Below are positions 55,790 through 64,000 of a stretch of DNA of 64,000 bases, piece by piece. How positions within the stretch are numbered: position 1 is the stretch's first letter; each line of letters begins with the position of its first letter. The DNA lies in the IMG/VR virus record IMGVR_UViG_3300044695_008209, positions 96,001-160,000 of that record. One strand, 5' to 3'. Both the position numbers and the translations under genes were made by a program. The notes under the pieces were generated by a model that did not search any database, was not told the origin of the DNA, and was given only the letters and a program-made list of their open reading frames with translations. This DNA comes from a virus.

Positions 55790-56204
55790 CCCGCTCCAGC
55801 ACATTCGGGACCAGCCCGGGTACCGGGAGTACCAGGACACGGCCGCGCAGGCGCCGCCGTCGAGGTACCCGTGGGGCACCCTCCTCGCCAACGTGGGCGG
55901 CATCGCGGCCGCGCACACGGCCGGGTACATCAGCGCCGGCACCCTCGCGAACATGCTCGCATCGTCCAGGGTCGGCGAGCGGTTCTCCCGGCTCAGCCCG
56001 ACGGCGCAGCGCAACGCTGTAGGGCAGGCCGTATCCATCGCTGGGTCCGTGGGGGTGGTTGCGACTGGGCTCGCCCACATCGCAGGGCAGATGCGCATCG
56101 CGGAGGAGGTCTCTCGACTGGAGAGGGAGCGCACCGCGGCGCCGAACGAGAAGGTCGCGTCGGTCTACCTCACGTACGAGCGTGCCTTCCGGGATCTCCT
56201 GTGA
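55782..56204 (+). CDS. Small membrane-like K-x-A protein (start uncertain: 55770 or 55782)
   Basis: Two hydrophobic segments; C-terminal NEKVAS. Confidence 0.62.
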   Translation: MRDPLQHIRDQPGYREYQDTAAQAPPSRYPWGTLLANVGGIAAAHTAGYISAGTLANMLASSRVGERFSRLSPTAQRNAVGQAVSIAGSVGVVATGLAHIAGQMRIAEEVSRLERERTAAPNEKVASVYLTYERAFRDLL

Positions 56205-57004
56205 GCACGGTCGCGACCAGATCCAAGCGGGTCTCCCTGGAACGGGGGACGAACCCGCTGGTCTACGCGCAGCGGCTGTACGTGCAGTTCCTTCAGGGCC
56301 TGTTCAACTTCAACGCCGTGGAGTGCCTGCACTGGGAGCCGGACGAGGAGATCACGGAGATCGTGATCCGCGCCGAGGCGCCCCTCAACATGAAGAGCGT
56401 CGGGAAGCGCCCCGTGATCACCGTGGTCATGGGGCCGACGCAGTTCCAGGGACTCGGCATCGACCAGATGCAGTCGATGGACCTGGCCGGAGAGAGGCGC
56501 GTGCACACGGACCTCATCTCCGGGCACCTCGTGGTCTACTGCCTCGCAGAGACCGACGTGGTGGCGCAGTGGATCGCGCACATGGTCGTGCACGGGACGT
56601 TGGTGAACCGGCGGCTCCTCGAGTCCTCCGGGGGGTTCCACCAGATCGCGCGCCCTGCCCCGTCGATGAACGCGCCGAGTCCTCCCGGAGCTCTCATCGG
56701 AGGGGATCCTGCCGGACTCGTCATGGTCCAGGTCAACCTGCCCTTCGCCTTCCAGTGGATGTGGTCTGCGGAACCTACTGCTCCCAGCCAAGCTCGATCG
56801 CTGGACATGGTTACGAGCAAGAAGAGGGCCAGCGACTACCCGTACACTTCCCCCTCTCGACTGGAGAAGGTAGAGTTGGCGATGTCGGCCGTCCCCGTCA
56901 CCGTTCGCCGGCTCTCCGGCGCCACGATCACTACCGAGACCATCCTCAACGGCATAGACGACCTGCAGGTTGTCCTTGCTTCTACCAGTTCCGACGAGGC
57001 CTGA
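56201..57004 (+). CDS. Probable tail terminator/completion protein (start GTG 56201)
   Basis: GTGA coupling; directly upstream of sheath. Confidence 0.55.
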   Translation: MSTVATRSKRVSLERGTNPLVYAQRLYVQFLQGLFNFNAVECLHWEPDEEITEIVIRAEAPLNMKSVGKRPVITVVMGPTQFQGLGIDQMQSMDLAGERRVHTDLISGHLVVYCLAETDVVAQWIAHMVVHGTLVNRRLLESSGGFHQIARPAPSMNAPSPPGALIGGDPAGLVMVQVNLPFAFQWMWSAEPTAPSQARSLDMVTSKKRASDYPYTSPSRLEKVELAMSAVPVTVRRLSGATITTETILNGIDDLQVVLASTSSDEA

Positions 57005-57008
57005 TCAC

Positions 57009-60000
57009 ATGGCATCCGAAAATCGTGTTGGTGTCGAAGTCGAGCAGGTTCTCTCCGAGAGCGCTGCCACCCCCGTCTCGCCCGCGTTGATCCCCGCGGT
57101 GGTAGGCGTCTGCCGGCAGATCGTCGAGGCGCTCGACAGCGACGGCGCACTGGACGCCGATGCGAAGTACGCCGACGCCCGGTACAACCAGGCGTCGATG
57201 TTCATCCCGCAGGCCGACTTCCCGGACCCCCGCGACAACATCGACGAGCTCAACGTGGACGAGGGGACCGTCGGGGCGGCGCTCTACTTCGGCGGGACGC
57301 TGCGCGATCTCGACCGCGGGAGCAACGACAGCTACGGGTCCGCCTTCCTCAAGCTGATGAACAAGTGCCGCGCGGCGGCGTTCCGCACGTCCGTGGGCAC
57401 CTCGTTCACCTTTGACCCCACGGTCGGCAACCCCCTCACGCTCGCCTTCGACGTGGTGAACCCCGAGAACGTGTCCTCGGACATCACGATCACCTTCGTC
57501 GGTACGCTGACGGTGGCCGAGGTGGTCGAGCAGGTCAACGAAGCTGTCGGTGCCGAGGTGGCCACGGTCTCCGGCATCGTGATGCAGATCACCTCGCCCA
57601 CCTTCGGGGCGACCTCCAGCATCACCGTGCGTGCGGGCTCCTCCGCCCTCCCGATCCTCTTCGGCGCCTCCTTCAGCGACGAGCTCGAGCACCGCGTAGT
57701 CGGGGCCGGCTTCCACGGACAGGACGACGAGGACGGCGACCTGGTCACCCCCTGGATCGAGTTCTCGCAGGGCGGGTACTACACGACCGACGACGCCGGT
57801 GTCGTCACCACGGTCTCCTCCTTCCCCGTGTCCCCGACGGCCAACGCGATGTGGGTCGGCCAGGTCGACCTCGACGGGACCTTCAACACCGCGAAGGCGG
57901 CCGCGGTCACCTACACGGGCACCTCCGCCACCGTCCCGCTGATCGCCGCGACGTCCTCGGTGCCCGGCGACCAGATGTGGGCCGGAGGCGCGCAGGTCGG
58001 CAGCGGCGAGGTCATCAAGGTCGAGGCGTCGCGCATCAAGATCGGCAAGCTGAACAACTCGCTCTCCACCTTCGACGACGACGGCGAGCCCACGAACCGC
58101 GTCTACGACACGGTCGAGGTGAACACCGAGAACCACGGCACGCCGTTCGCCCCCAAGTACGTGTACTTCAAGGCGTTCGGGCTCACCTACGGAGAGATCC
58201 TGCCCGAGGGCGAGGCCGCGACCCTTACGGGCTCCCTCCAGGGGCTCGTCGAGCGTTCCGCCTACGTCCAGAGCTCGACGGACATCACCTTCCCGCTGAG
58301 CCCGGCCAGCCTCACGCTCATCTTCCAGGTGACCGAGGACGGGATCGACGGCGACGAGGTCACCTACACGTTCGCCGGCGGCCCCTACGCCAACATCGGA
58401 GCGCTCGTCTCCCTGCTCTCCGCGGCCGATGAGTTCAGCCAGCTCACCGTCAGCAACAACGGCGACCAGCTCGTCCTCCAGACGACCAAGACCGGCGCGG
58501 ACCAGAGCATCACGGTCAAGTCGACGGGCACGGCGAACACCGCGCTCAAGTTCTCCGCCTCGGTGGCGACCACCGACACCGGCAAGGACGTGGAGTTCGC
58601 CACGCAGGCGACGCTCACCGGCGAGGTCATCGCCCTGCCGATGGCGGCGGAGACCAACCTCGTGTTCGGCCTCACGATCGAGGACTCGAAGGGCACCCAC
58701 ACGGTGACCTCGACCGCCGTGACGCTCGCGACCGTGACCAACTTCACCACGCTCATCGACCGGATCTGCGAGGCCTTCGGCTCCGCCAACGGCACCACCG
58801 ACCCGACCATCTACGACGGCGGCATCGCCATCGCGACCCTGTCCTCCTCCGGAGGGTCCGACACCACCGGCACGCTCACGATCACCACGATCGAGGGCGG
58901 GGCCGCTGTCACCCTGGAGCTCACCGCGGTCGACGAGACCGACGGGTGGCGCTTCCTCGGGTTCCACGACGACACCGGTGGTACCTCGGCGCAGCTCGAC
59001 TCCGCCGGCGGGATCAGCGACTTCGTCGACCTCGCGGGCTCCTGGGTGGTCGGTGCGGGTCCGGACGGGTTCCGCCTGACCATCGTCGGCGGCGCCAACG
59101 CGCTCGTCGCGACCGACATCACCATCCCGGCCGCGACCTACGACGCGGACGCGCTCGCGGCTGCGATCCAGGCTGCGGTCAACACCGCCATCGGCGCGGG
59201 CACCACCACCTGCGCCTGGAACGACGCGGGCTACTTCGTACTCACGGTGCCGGGGGGTACGACCATCACCATGGCCGCCCGCGGAGCGGGCGTTGACATC
59301 GCCGCTACGATCTGGGGCACCCTCGGTGCCCAAGTGGCCGCCGCGTACACCGGCACCGCGCCGACCCAGCCGCGTCTCACGATCACGCTGACCAGTACCT
59401 ACAACGGGTCGCCCGAGGTCATCACCGGCCTCGCGACCTACGCGATGGCCGCCGCCGCCAGCGCAGAGGTACTGGCGGAGCTGCTCAACGCGTCCACGGA
59501 CTTCTCCGGTCACACCGTCGCCGGGGAGCGCCTCGTCGAGTGGGTCGTCGCCAGCGGCACCGTCATCACCGTCCGCTCCATCAAGGGCGGCACCCTCGCG
59601 TCGCTGTCCTACGGCGCCGCGCAGCCCGGGCTCGTGGCCATGGGCTTCTCCGGTGCCGGCGCCACCGACTCCGGGGCGGCCCTGGGCGGCAACGCGGATG
59701 GTGTCGGCGCGGACGACCTCAAGTCGACCACGCTGCTCTTCAGCCTCGACGACAACCCGTACGAGTACAGCATCACCTTCGACACCAACTCGCTTGCGGA
59801 CGCCATCGTCCTCATCAACGAGGCGGTCGACGGCTCCGACGACGTGGCTTCCGAGGACACCCGCAAGCTCGTCCTGACCAGCCTGCTCGCCGGCGCAGCG
59901 TCGAAGGTCTCCATCAACTCCACGGACGGGGATGCGGACGAGGTCTTCGGCATCACCGGGACCGACGAAGGGGCCGGTCGGCCGAACCCCGACTTCTACC

Positions 60001-61496
60001 TGGACGGCGATGGTGCAGTGCACATCGGGCCCAACATCCTGCGGAACAAGAGCTCCGGCATCCCGTTCTCGCTCGAGTCGGCCCTCGCAGACGTGTACCT
60101 GCCGTACATCGCGCTCCGGAAGGACGTGACCTCTTCGGCCTCGTCGGCCTCCCTGCTCGCGTTCGACGACACCACCACGATGGAGGCCAGCATCGGCCCC
60201 ATCAGCATCAAGAACCCGCTCGCGCTGGGCGTCTTCCTCGCGATGGCCAACTGCCAGACCTACCAGGTCAGCGCCCTGGGCATCGACGAGGACAGCGCGG
60301 CCGCTCCCTACGGCACGCTGGACGGGTGGAGCCGCGCGATCGAGTTCCTCGAGAGCAAGGAGATCTACGCGCTCGCCCCGCTCACCGACGACGAGTACGT
60401 GCAGGGACTCCTGGCCACGCACGTCGTCGCGATGAGCGCCCCGACGGAGCGCGGAGAGCGCATCCTCTTCATCTGGCAGCCCATCCCCACCCGTGCGGCC
60501 ACCGTCACGGTGTCCAGCGGAGAGGACGGCGAGACGAACGGGACGGACAACTCCTTCACGCTCGACTCGAACCCGAACGCCGACCTCATCGCCAACGACA
60601 TCGACCCGTCCGACACCATCGAGGTGGACGCGAACCTCTACCTCGAGGTGGTGGTCACCAACGCGGGGGCCTCGGAACTCCGGCGCTACTCGGTGGAGGA
60701 GGTCAACGGCGTGGTCCTCACGCTGCGCACGACCTTCGCCGCCGACGAGAACACGGATGGCTTCTTCACCACGGAGACGCTCGACGAGGAGTTCTCGGGG
60801 GCGGACTACTCCCTGAAGATCCGCGGCGCCGAGCTGCTGATCACCGGGACGGCCATCCCCGACCTGGCGTCCCGCGCGACGGCGGCGGCGGCCGAGGCGA
60901 CCCCCTACGCGCATCGCCGCATCTACATGCTGGCGTGCAGCTCGGTGGACACCAGCATCAACGGCGTGACCCAGAACGTGGAGGGCTTCTACGCCGCGGC
61001 GGCCATCGCGGGCATGGTCGCGCAGCAGGCTCCCGCGCAGCCCTTCACCCACTTCCCGATCGCCGGGCTGGGTGCGGTGTACGGGACGGACGACACGTAC
61101 AGCGAGAAGCACCTCGACACCGTCGCAGACGGCGGCCGGTACGTGCTGGTCAACATGGGCGGCGCGGTCGTCTCGCGCAAGCAGCTCTCCACCTCGACCA
61201 CCAGCATCCAGAGCAAGGAGCTGTCGATCACGAAGGCGGTCGACTACCTGGCCAAGGGCCTGCGGGCGACGAACCGGGCGTTCATCGGACGCTCGAACAT
61301 CACCTCCGGGTTCCTCGACCAGCTCACGCTCGCCAACGAGGGCTACCTCGACTACGTCGAGAACCTCGGGGTGGTGAAGAAGGCAGAGCTCAAGAGCCTC
61401 CTCCAGGACACCGACCAGCCCGACACCGTGATGGTCGAGGTGGAGGTCGAGGTCCTCACGCCCTGCAACAAGATCAAGATCACCATCGTCTCCTGA
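57009..61496 (+). CDS. Contractile tail sheath protein, very long (1495 aa; start ATG 57009)
   Basis: N-terminal PAVVG; C-terminal sheath core (AIEFLE, ERILF, AAAIAG, ELSITKAVD, VEVEV..PCNKIKITI). Confidence 0.85.
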   Translation: MASENRVGVEVEQVLSESAATPVSPALIPAVVGVCRQIVEALDSDGALDADAKYADARYNQASMFIPQADFPDPRDNIDELNVDEGTVGAALYFGGTLRDLDRGSNDSYGSAFLKLMNKCRAAAFRTSVGTSFTFDPTVGNPLTLAFDVVNPENVSSDITITFVGTLTVAEVVEQVNEAVGAEVATVSGIVMQITSPTFGATSSITVRAGSSALPILFGASFSDELEHRVVGAGFHGQDDEDGDLVTPWIEFSQGGYYTTDDAGVVTTVSSFPVSPTANAMWVGQVDLDGTFNTAKAAAVTYTGTSATVPLIAATSSVPGDQMWAGGAQVGSGEVIKVEASRIKIGKLNNSLSTFDDDGEPTNRVYDTVEVNTENHGTPFAPKYVYFKAFGLTYGEILPEGEAATLTGSLQGLVERSAYVQSSTDITFPLSPASLTLIFQVTEDGIDGDEVTYTFAGGPYANIGALVSLLSAADEFSQLTVSNNGDQLVLQTTKTGADQSITVKSTGTANTALKFSASVATTDTGKDVEFATQATLTGEVIALPMAAETNLVFGLTIEDSKGTHTVTSTAVTLATVTNFTTLIDRICEAFGSANGTTDPTIYDGGIAIATLSSSGGSDTTGTLTITTIEGGAAVTLELTAVDETDGWRFLGFHDDTGGTSAQLDSAGGISDFVDLAGSWVVGAGPDGFRLTIVGGANALVATDITIPAATYDADALAAAIQAAVNTAIGAGTTTCAWNDAGYFVLTVPGGTTITMAARGAGVDIAATIWGTLGAQVAAAYTGTAPTQPRLTITLTSTYNGSPEVITGLATYAMAAAASAEVLAELLNASTDFSGHTVAGERLVEWVVASGTVITVRSIKGGTLASLSYGAAQPGLVAMGFSGAGATDSGAALGGNADGVGADDLKSTTLLFSLDDNPYEYSITFDTNSLADAIVLINEAVDGSDDVASEDTRKLVLTSLLAGAASKVSINSTDGDADEVFGITGTDEGAGRPNPDFYLDGDGAVHIGPNILRNKSSGIPFSLESALADVYLPYIALRKDVTSSASSASLLAFDDTTTMEASIGPISIKNPLALGVFLAMANCQTYQVSALGIDEDSAAAPYGTLDGWSRAIEFLESKEIYALAPLTDDEYVQGLLATHVVAMSAPTERGERILFIWQPIPTRAATVTVSSGEDGETNGTDNSFTLDSNPNADLIANDIDPSDTIEVDANLYLEVVVTNAGASELRRYSVEEVNGVVLTLRTTFAADENTDGFFTTETLDEEFSGADYSLKIRGAELLITGTAIPDLASRATAAAAEATPYAHRRIYMLACSSVDTSINGVTQNVEGFYAAAAIAGMVAQQAPAQPFTHFPIAGLGAVYGTDDTYSEKHLDTVADGGRYVLVNMGGAVVSRKQLSTSTTSIQSKELSITKAVDYLAKGLRATNRAFIGRSNITSGFLDQLTLANEGYLDYVENLGVVKKAELKSLLQDTDQPDTVMVEVEVEVLTPCNKIKITIVS

Positions 61497-61535
61497 TACA
61501 CTTCCCCCACCTGCCGCCAGATTCTCGGAGTCCAC

Positions 61536-62939
61536 ATGTCCGCCACTGCCAAGGCCCTCAGCAACGTCGCTTCCTACACCCGTCGGTTCGCGGAGTCCTT
61601 CGCCACGCGGAAGCACCGTGTGCTCGATGACCGCGATCAGTCGCTGGCGGACGCGCTGCACGTCCTCGAGGAGAGGTCCGACAGCTACTACCCGATGATC
61701 ACCGACCTCGACGCGACCATCGTCCTGCTCGACTCGGCTTCCCCTCTCACCGGCCTGGTGATCACCGGCGCGAACTTCGTCGGCGATGCGGTCCGGGCGT
61801 CGGGCATCAGCGACGAGGACGACACCGTCACCACCAAGGAGCTGACCTGGACCCGCGTGGTCCCGGGCGACGAGGACATCACCGTCACCATCGTCTCCTC
61901 GGGCGTCGCCAACAACGCCGTGACCTGCGCGTGGAACCCCACCACCCTGGCCCTCACGGTTACCCGCGGCACCACGGCCACCGCCAACGACGTGTTCACC
62001 GCGGTCAACACCGACGCGGTGGGCAAGTACATCGTCGACGTGACGAAGACCGGCCTCTCGGCCACTGGTGTCCCCACCGCGGGCTCCATCACCCTCACCG
62101 GTGGCGTGGGCGACCTGCTCACCCTCACCATCGGCAGCACGGCGGTCGATGGCGTGCTCACCGACTGCGGCATCACCGCGGTCACCGACGCCGCCATCAC
62201 CTTCGACTTCGACGCCTCGAACGAGACGACGGAGACCATGGTTCTCCTGCAGCTCCGCTGCGACGGCGTCCTGGTCACCCCGATCCCGCTCATCGTGGAC
62301 TTCCCGACCGTCACGGTGGCGGACCTCGCCGTCACGAGCGCCAAGCTCGCGGTCGGCGCCCTCTCCGCCGACGCCACGGGCCGCGCGGTCATGGCGACCG
62401 ACTACTTCAACGCCGCCACGATCCTGCTCAAGATCGCCGACGGTGCCTTCGCCGCCGACGCCGCCACTCGTCTGCTCTTCGGCGACGGCATCTGGACCTC
62501 GGCGAAGCTGGACGCGAACCTGATCCAGTACGCCGAGGTGACCGTCTCGACCGCCGAGCTCAAGGCGCTGCGGGCGACCCCCAAGACCCTCGTGGCGGGT
62601 CAGGCCGGGAAGGTCATCCAGTACGTGGGGGCGGTCTACTTCTACGACTACCTCACCAACGCGTACGTCATCGCCGCCCCCGGCGATGACCTCCAGGTCA
62701 AGTACACCAACGGTGCCGGCGCCGCCGTCGCGGCTGTCGTGCCCTCCACCGGGTTCATCGACCAGGCGAGCGACCAGGTCTACGTCGGGCCCGCCCCGAC
62801 CGCACAGGTGCTCGCCAAGGCCGCCATCGAGGGGCAGGCCCTCGTGCTGCACAACGAGGGTGGCGGGGAGTACACGTCGGCCACTGGTGGCGTTCTCCGC
62901 GTCCAGATCGCCTACCGCGTCCACACCACCGGCTTCTGA
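61536..62939 (+). CDS. Virion/tail-associated protein (467 aa)
   Basis: GGAG RBS; Thr/Ala-rich beta domains, between sheath and tube. Confidence 0.65.
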   Translation: MSATAKALSNVASYTRRFAESFATRKHRVLDDRDQSLADALHVLEERSDSYYPMITDLDATIVLLDSASPLTGLVITGANFVGDAVRASGISDEDDTVTTKELTWTRVVPGDEDITVTIVSSGVANNAVTCAWNPTTLALTVTRGTTATANDVFTAVNTDAVGKYIVDVTKTGLSATGVPTAGSITLTGGVGDLLTLTIGSTAVDGVLTDCGITAVTDAAITFDFDASNETTETMVLLQLRCDGVLVTPIPLIVDFPTVTVADLAVTSAKLAVGALSADATGRAVMATDYFNAATILLKIADGAFAADAATRLLFGDGIWTSAKLDANLIQYAEVTVSTAELKALRATPKTLVAGQAGKVIQYVGAVYFYDYLTNAYVIAAPGDDLQVKYTNGAGAAVAAVVPSTGFIDQASDQVYVGPAPTAQVLAKAAIEGQALVLHNEGGGEYTSATGGVLRVQIAYRVHTTGF

Positions 62940-62945
62940 GATGTA

Positions 62946-62971
62946 GGAGGGGGCGGGCAGCCGCCCCCTCC
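62946..62971 (+). terminator. Hairpin between tail-associated gene and tube gene
   Basis: Perfect 11-bp stem GGAGGGGGCGG-GCAG-CCGCCCCCTCC; weak U tract. Confidence 0.55.
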
Positions 62972-63014
62972 GCCTCTCTCGACCACCTTCCCACTCTTCG
63001 ACAAGGCAGAACCC

Positions 63015-63716
63015 ATGGCGACACTTTCGGAATGGAGCCCGTACGATCAGTACGTGCAGGGAGGAATGGTCGACGGCCGCTACATGAACGCGGCCTACAC
63101 GCTCATCGCAGCCGGCCCTCCCCGACTGGCGAACGTAGGCGGACCCGCCTTCCTCGCGGCGGCGTTCGCGGCTGGCAGCTCGGCAGGTGATCAGATCGCC
63201 TACCCGGTCGGCGTGGTGCAGAGCTTCAGCCTCGGCCACTCGATGCAGCTCAACCGCTTCTTCGAGATCGGGTCCGAGCGCAGCTACTTCGTGCCCGGGC
63301 GCGTGATGGGGCAGCTCTCGCTGTCCCGCATCATGTACCACGGTCCGTCGCTGCTACGCGTGCTCTACGCCTACTACCAGGACCTCGTCCCGAAGACGGT
63401 CGTTCCGGCCCTCTTCCCGAACGTCGGTGCCGCCACCGTGGCCAACCCCCACGACGTCGTCATCCCGCCCGGGTACGAGAACATCTACCTCAACCTGGCC
63501 TCGGACCTCTTCAAGCAGCCCATCGGACTGCTCACGATGTTCAAGGACAGCAACGAGGACACGATGGCCTCTTACTACTTCGAGTCCTGCTACGTCCCGC
63601 AGCACAGCCTCTCCACCGACGCGATGGGCACGGTCATGCAGGAGCAGGTCGGCATCCAGTTCGAGCGGATGATCCCCATCGCCACCACGGTCGTCGGCCT
63701 GATCAGCGGCCTGTAG
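63015..63716 (+). CDS. Tail tube protein
   Basis: VGVVQSFS...FFEIGS..SYFVPG...GQLSLSRI...Q..FERM pattern; follows sheath. Confidence 0.78.
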   Translation: MATLSEWSPYDQYVQGGMVDGRYMNAAYTLIAAGPPRLANVGGPAFLAAAFAAGSSAGDQIAYPVGVVQSFSLGHSMQLNRFFEIGSERSYFVPGRVMGQLSLSRIMYHGPSLLRVLYAYYQDLVPKTVVPALFPNVGAATVANPHDVVIPPGYENIYLNLASDLFKQPIGLLTMFKDSNEDTMASYYFESCYVPQHSLSTDAMGTVMQEQVGIQFERMIPIATTVVGLISGL

Positions 63717-63725
63717 GAGCCGCTC

Positions 63726-64000
63726 ATGCCGTTCGCCAGTGAGGCCCAGCGCCGCCTGCTCTGGGCCAAACACCCGGATATCGCCAGGCGCTGGGCCCAC
63801 GAGCCCGGCGCGAAGAACCGCGACCTCCCTCCGCACGTCAAGGAGGGCGCACGGCTCTTCTCCGAGCTCGGGCTGAAGCTCGCGGACATGATGCCAGCAC
63901 CCCCGCAGTCCTCGCTGCGGCCAGGGGTGGAGTTCCGCCCTCACCAGGAGGACGCCATCCAGAAGGCGATGCGGCAGAACGGCAACCTGCTGCTCAGCCA
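63726..64000 (+). CDS. 5' part of a probable SF2/SNF2 helicase with an N-terminal leader (partial; not in the ORF track)
   Basis: AGGAG RBS; MPFASEAQRRLLWAKHPDIARRW...LKLAD...FRPHQEDAI...GNLLLSH (Q-motif, approaching Walker A). Confidence 0.6.
   Translation, partial: MPFASEAQRRLLWAKHPDIARRWAHEPGAKNRDLPPHVKEGARLFSELGLKLADMMPAPPQSSLRPGVEFRPHQEDAIQKAMRQNGNLLLS

Noticed and set aside
56982-63341. 2119-aa minus-strand ORF
   Set aside because: Antisense shadow of sheath, tail-associated and tube genes
1-64000. tRNA, rRNA, structured ncRNA or stop-codon reassignment
   Set aside because: Intergenic gaps are short with no cloverleaf seen; TAA, TAG and TGA all end genes and conserved proteins are uninterrupted

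Overview
The whole window reads as part of a large, GC-rich (roughly 68-70% by eye) myovirus-type tailed phage genome using the standard code. No host operons, rRNA, tRNA, CRISPR array or integrase were seen. Leftward blocks carry replication and accessory genes: family-A DNA polymerase, gp32-like SSB, primase, DnaB helicase, family-4 UDG, SF2 helicase, RNase HII and an HTH regulator. Rightward blocks carry virion genes: portal, baseplate spike, collagen-like and large beta-rich proteins, GpA-type terminase, prohead protease, scaffold-like proteins, major capsid protein, neck and tail-completion proteins, a very long sheath and a tail tube. Four things stand out. (1) A 2103-aa single-chain beta-beta' RNA polymerase, recognisably bacterial, lacks the beta' zinc-binding domain and heads a structural operon. 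(2) A K-x-A-[S/A/G] motif recurs many times in about 18 head-region proteins, including near the capsid protein N-terminus, but is scarce in tail proteins; the same block encodes an assemblin/HK97-type protease. I infer a capsid maturation system that cuts polyprotein-like cargo, releasing glycine-zipper peptides, a Dps/ferritin domain and possibly a helicase. (3) Two strand-specific promoter-like motifs occur: CATAAG before leftward operons and GTATAnT before rightward genes. (4) Competing hairpins directly follow the capsid gene. All family assignments come from motifs recognised by eye; no database searches were run, and several starts were moved from the ORF track using RBS and overlap evidence.
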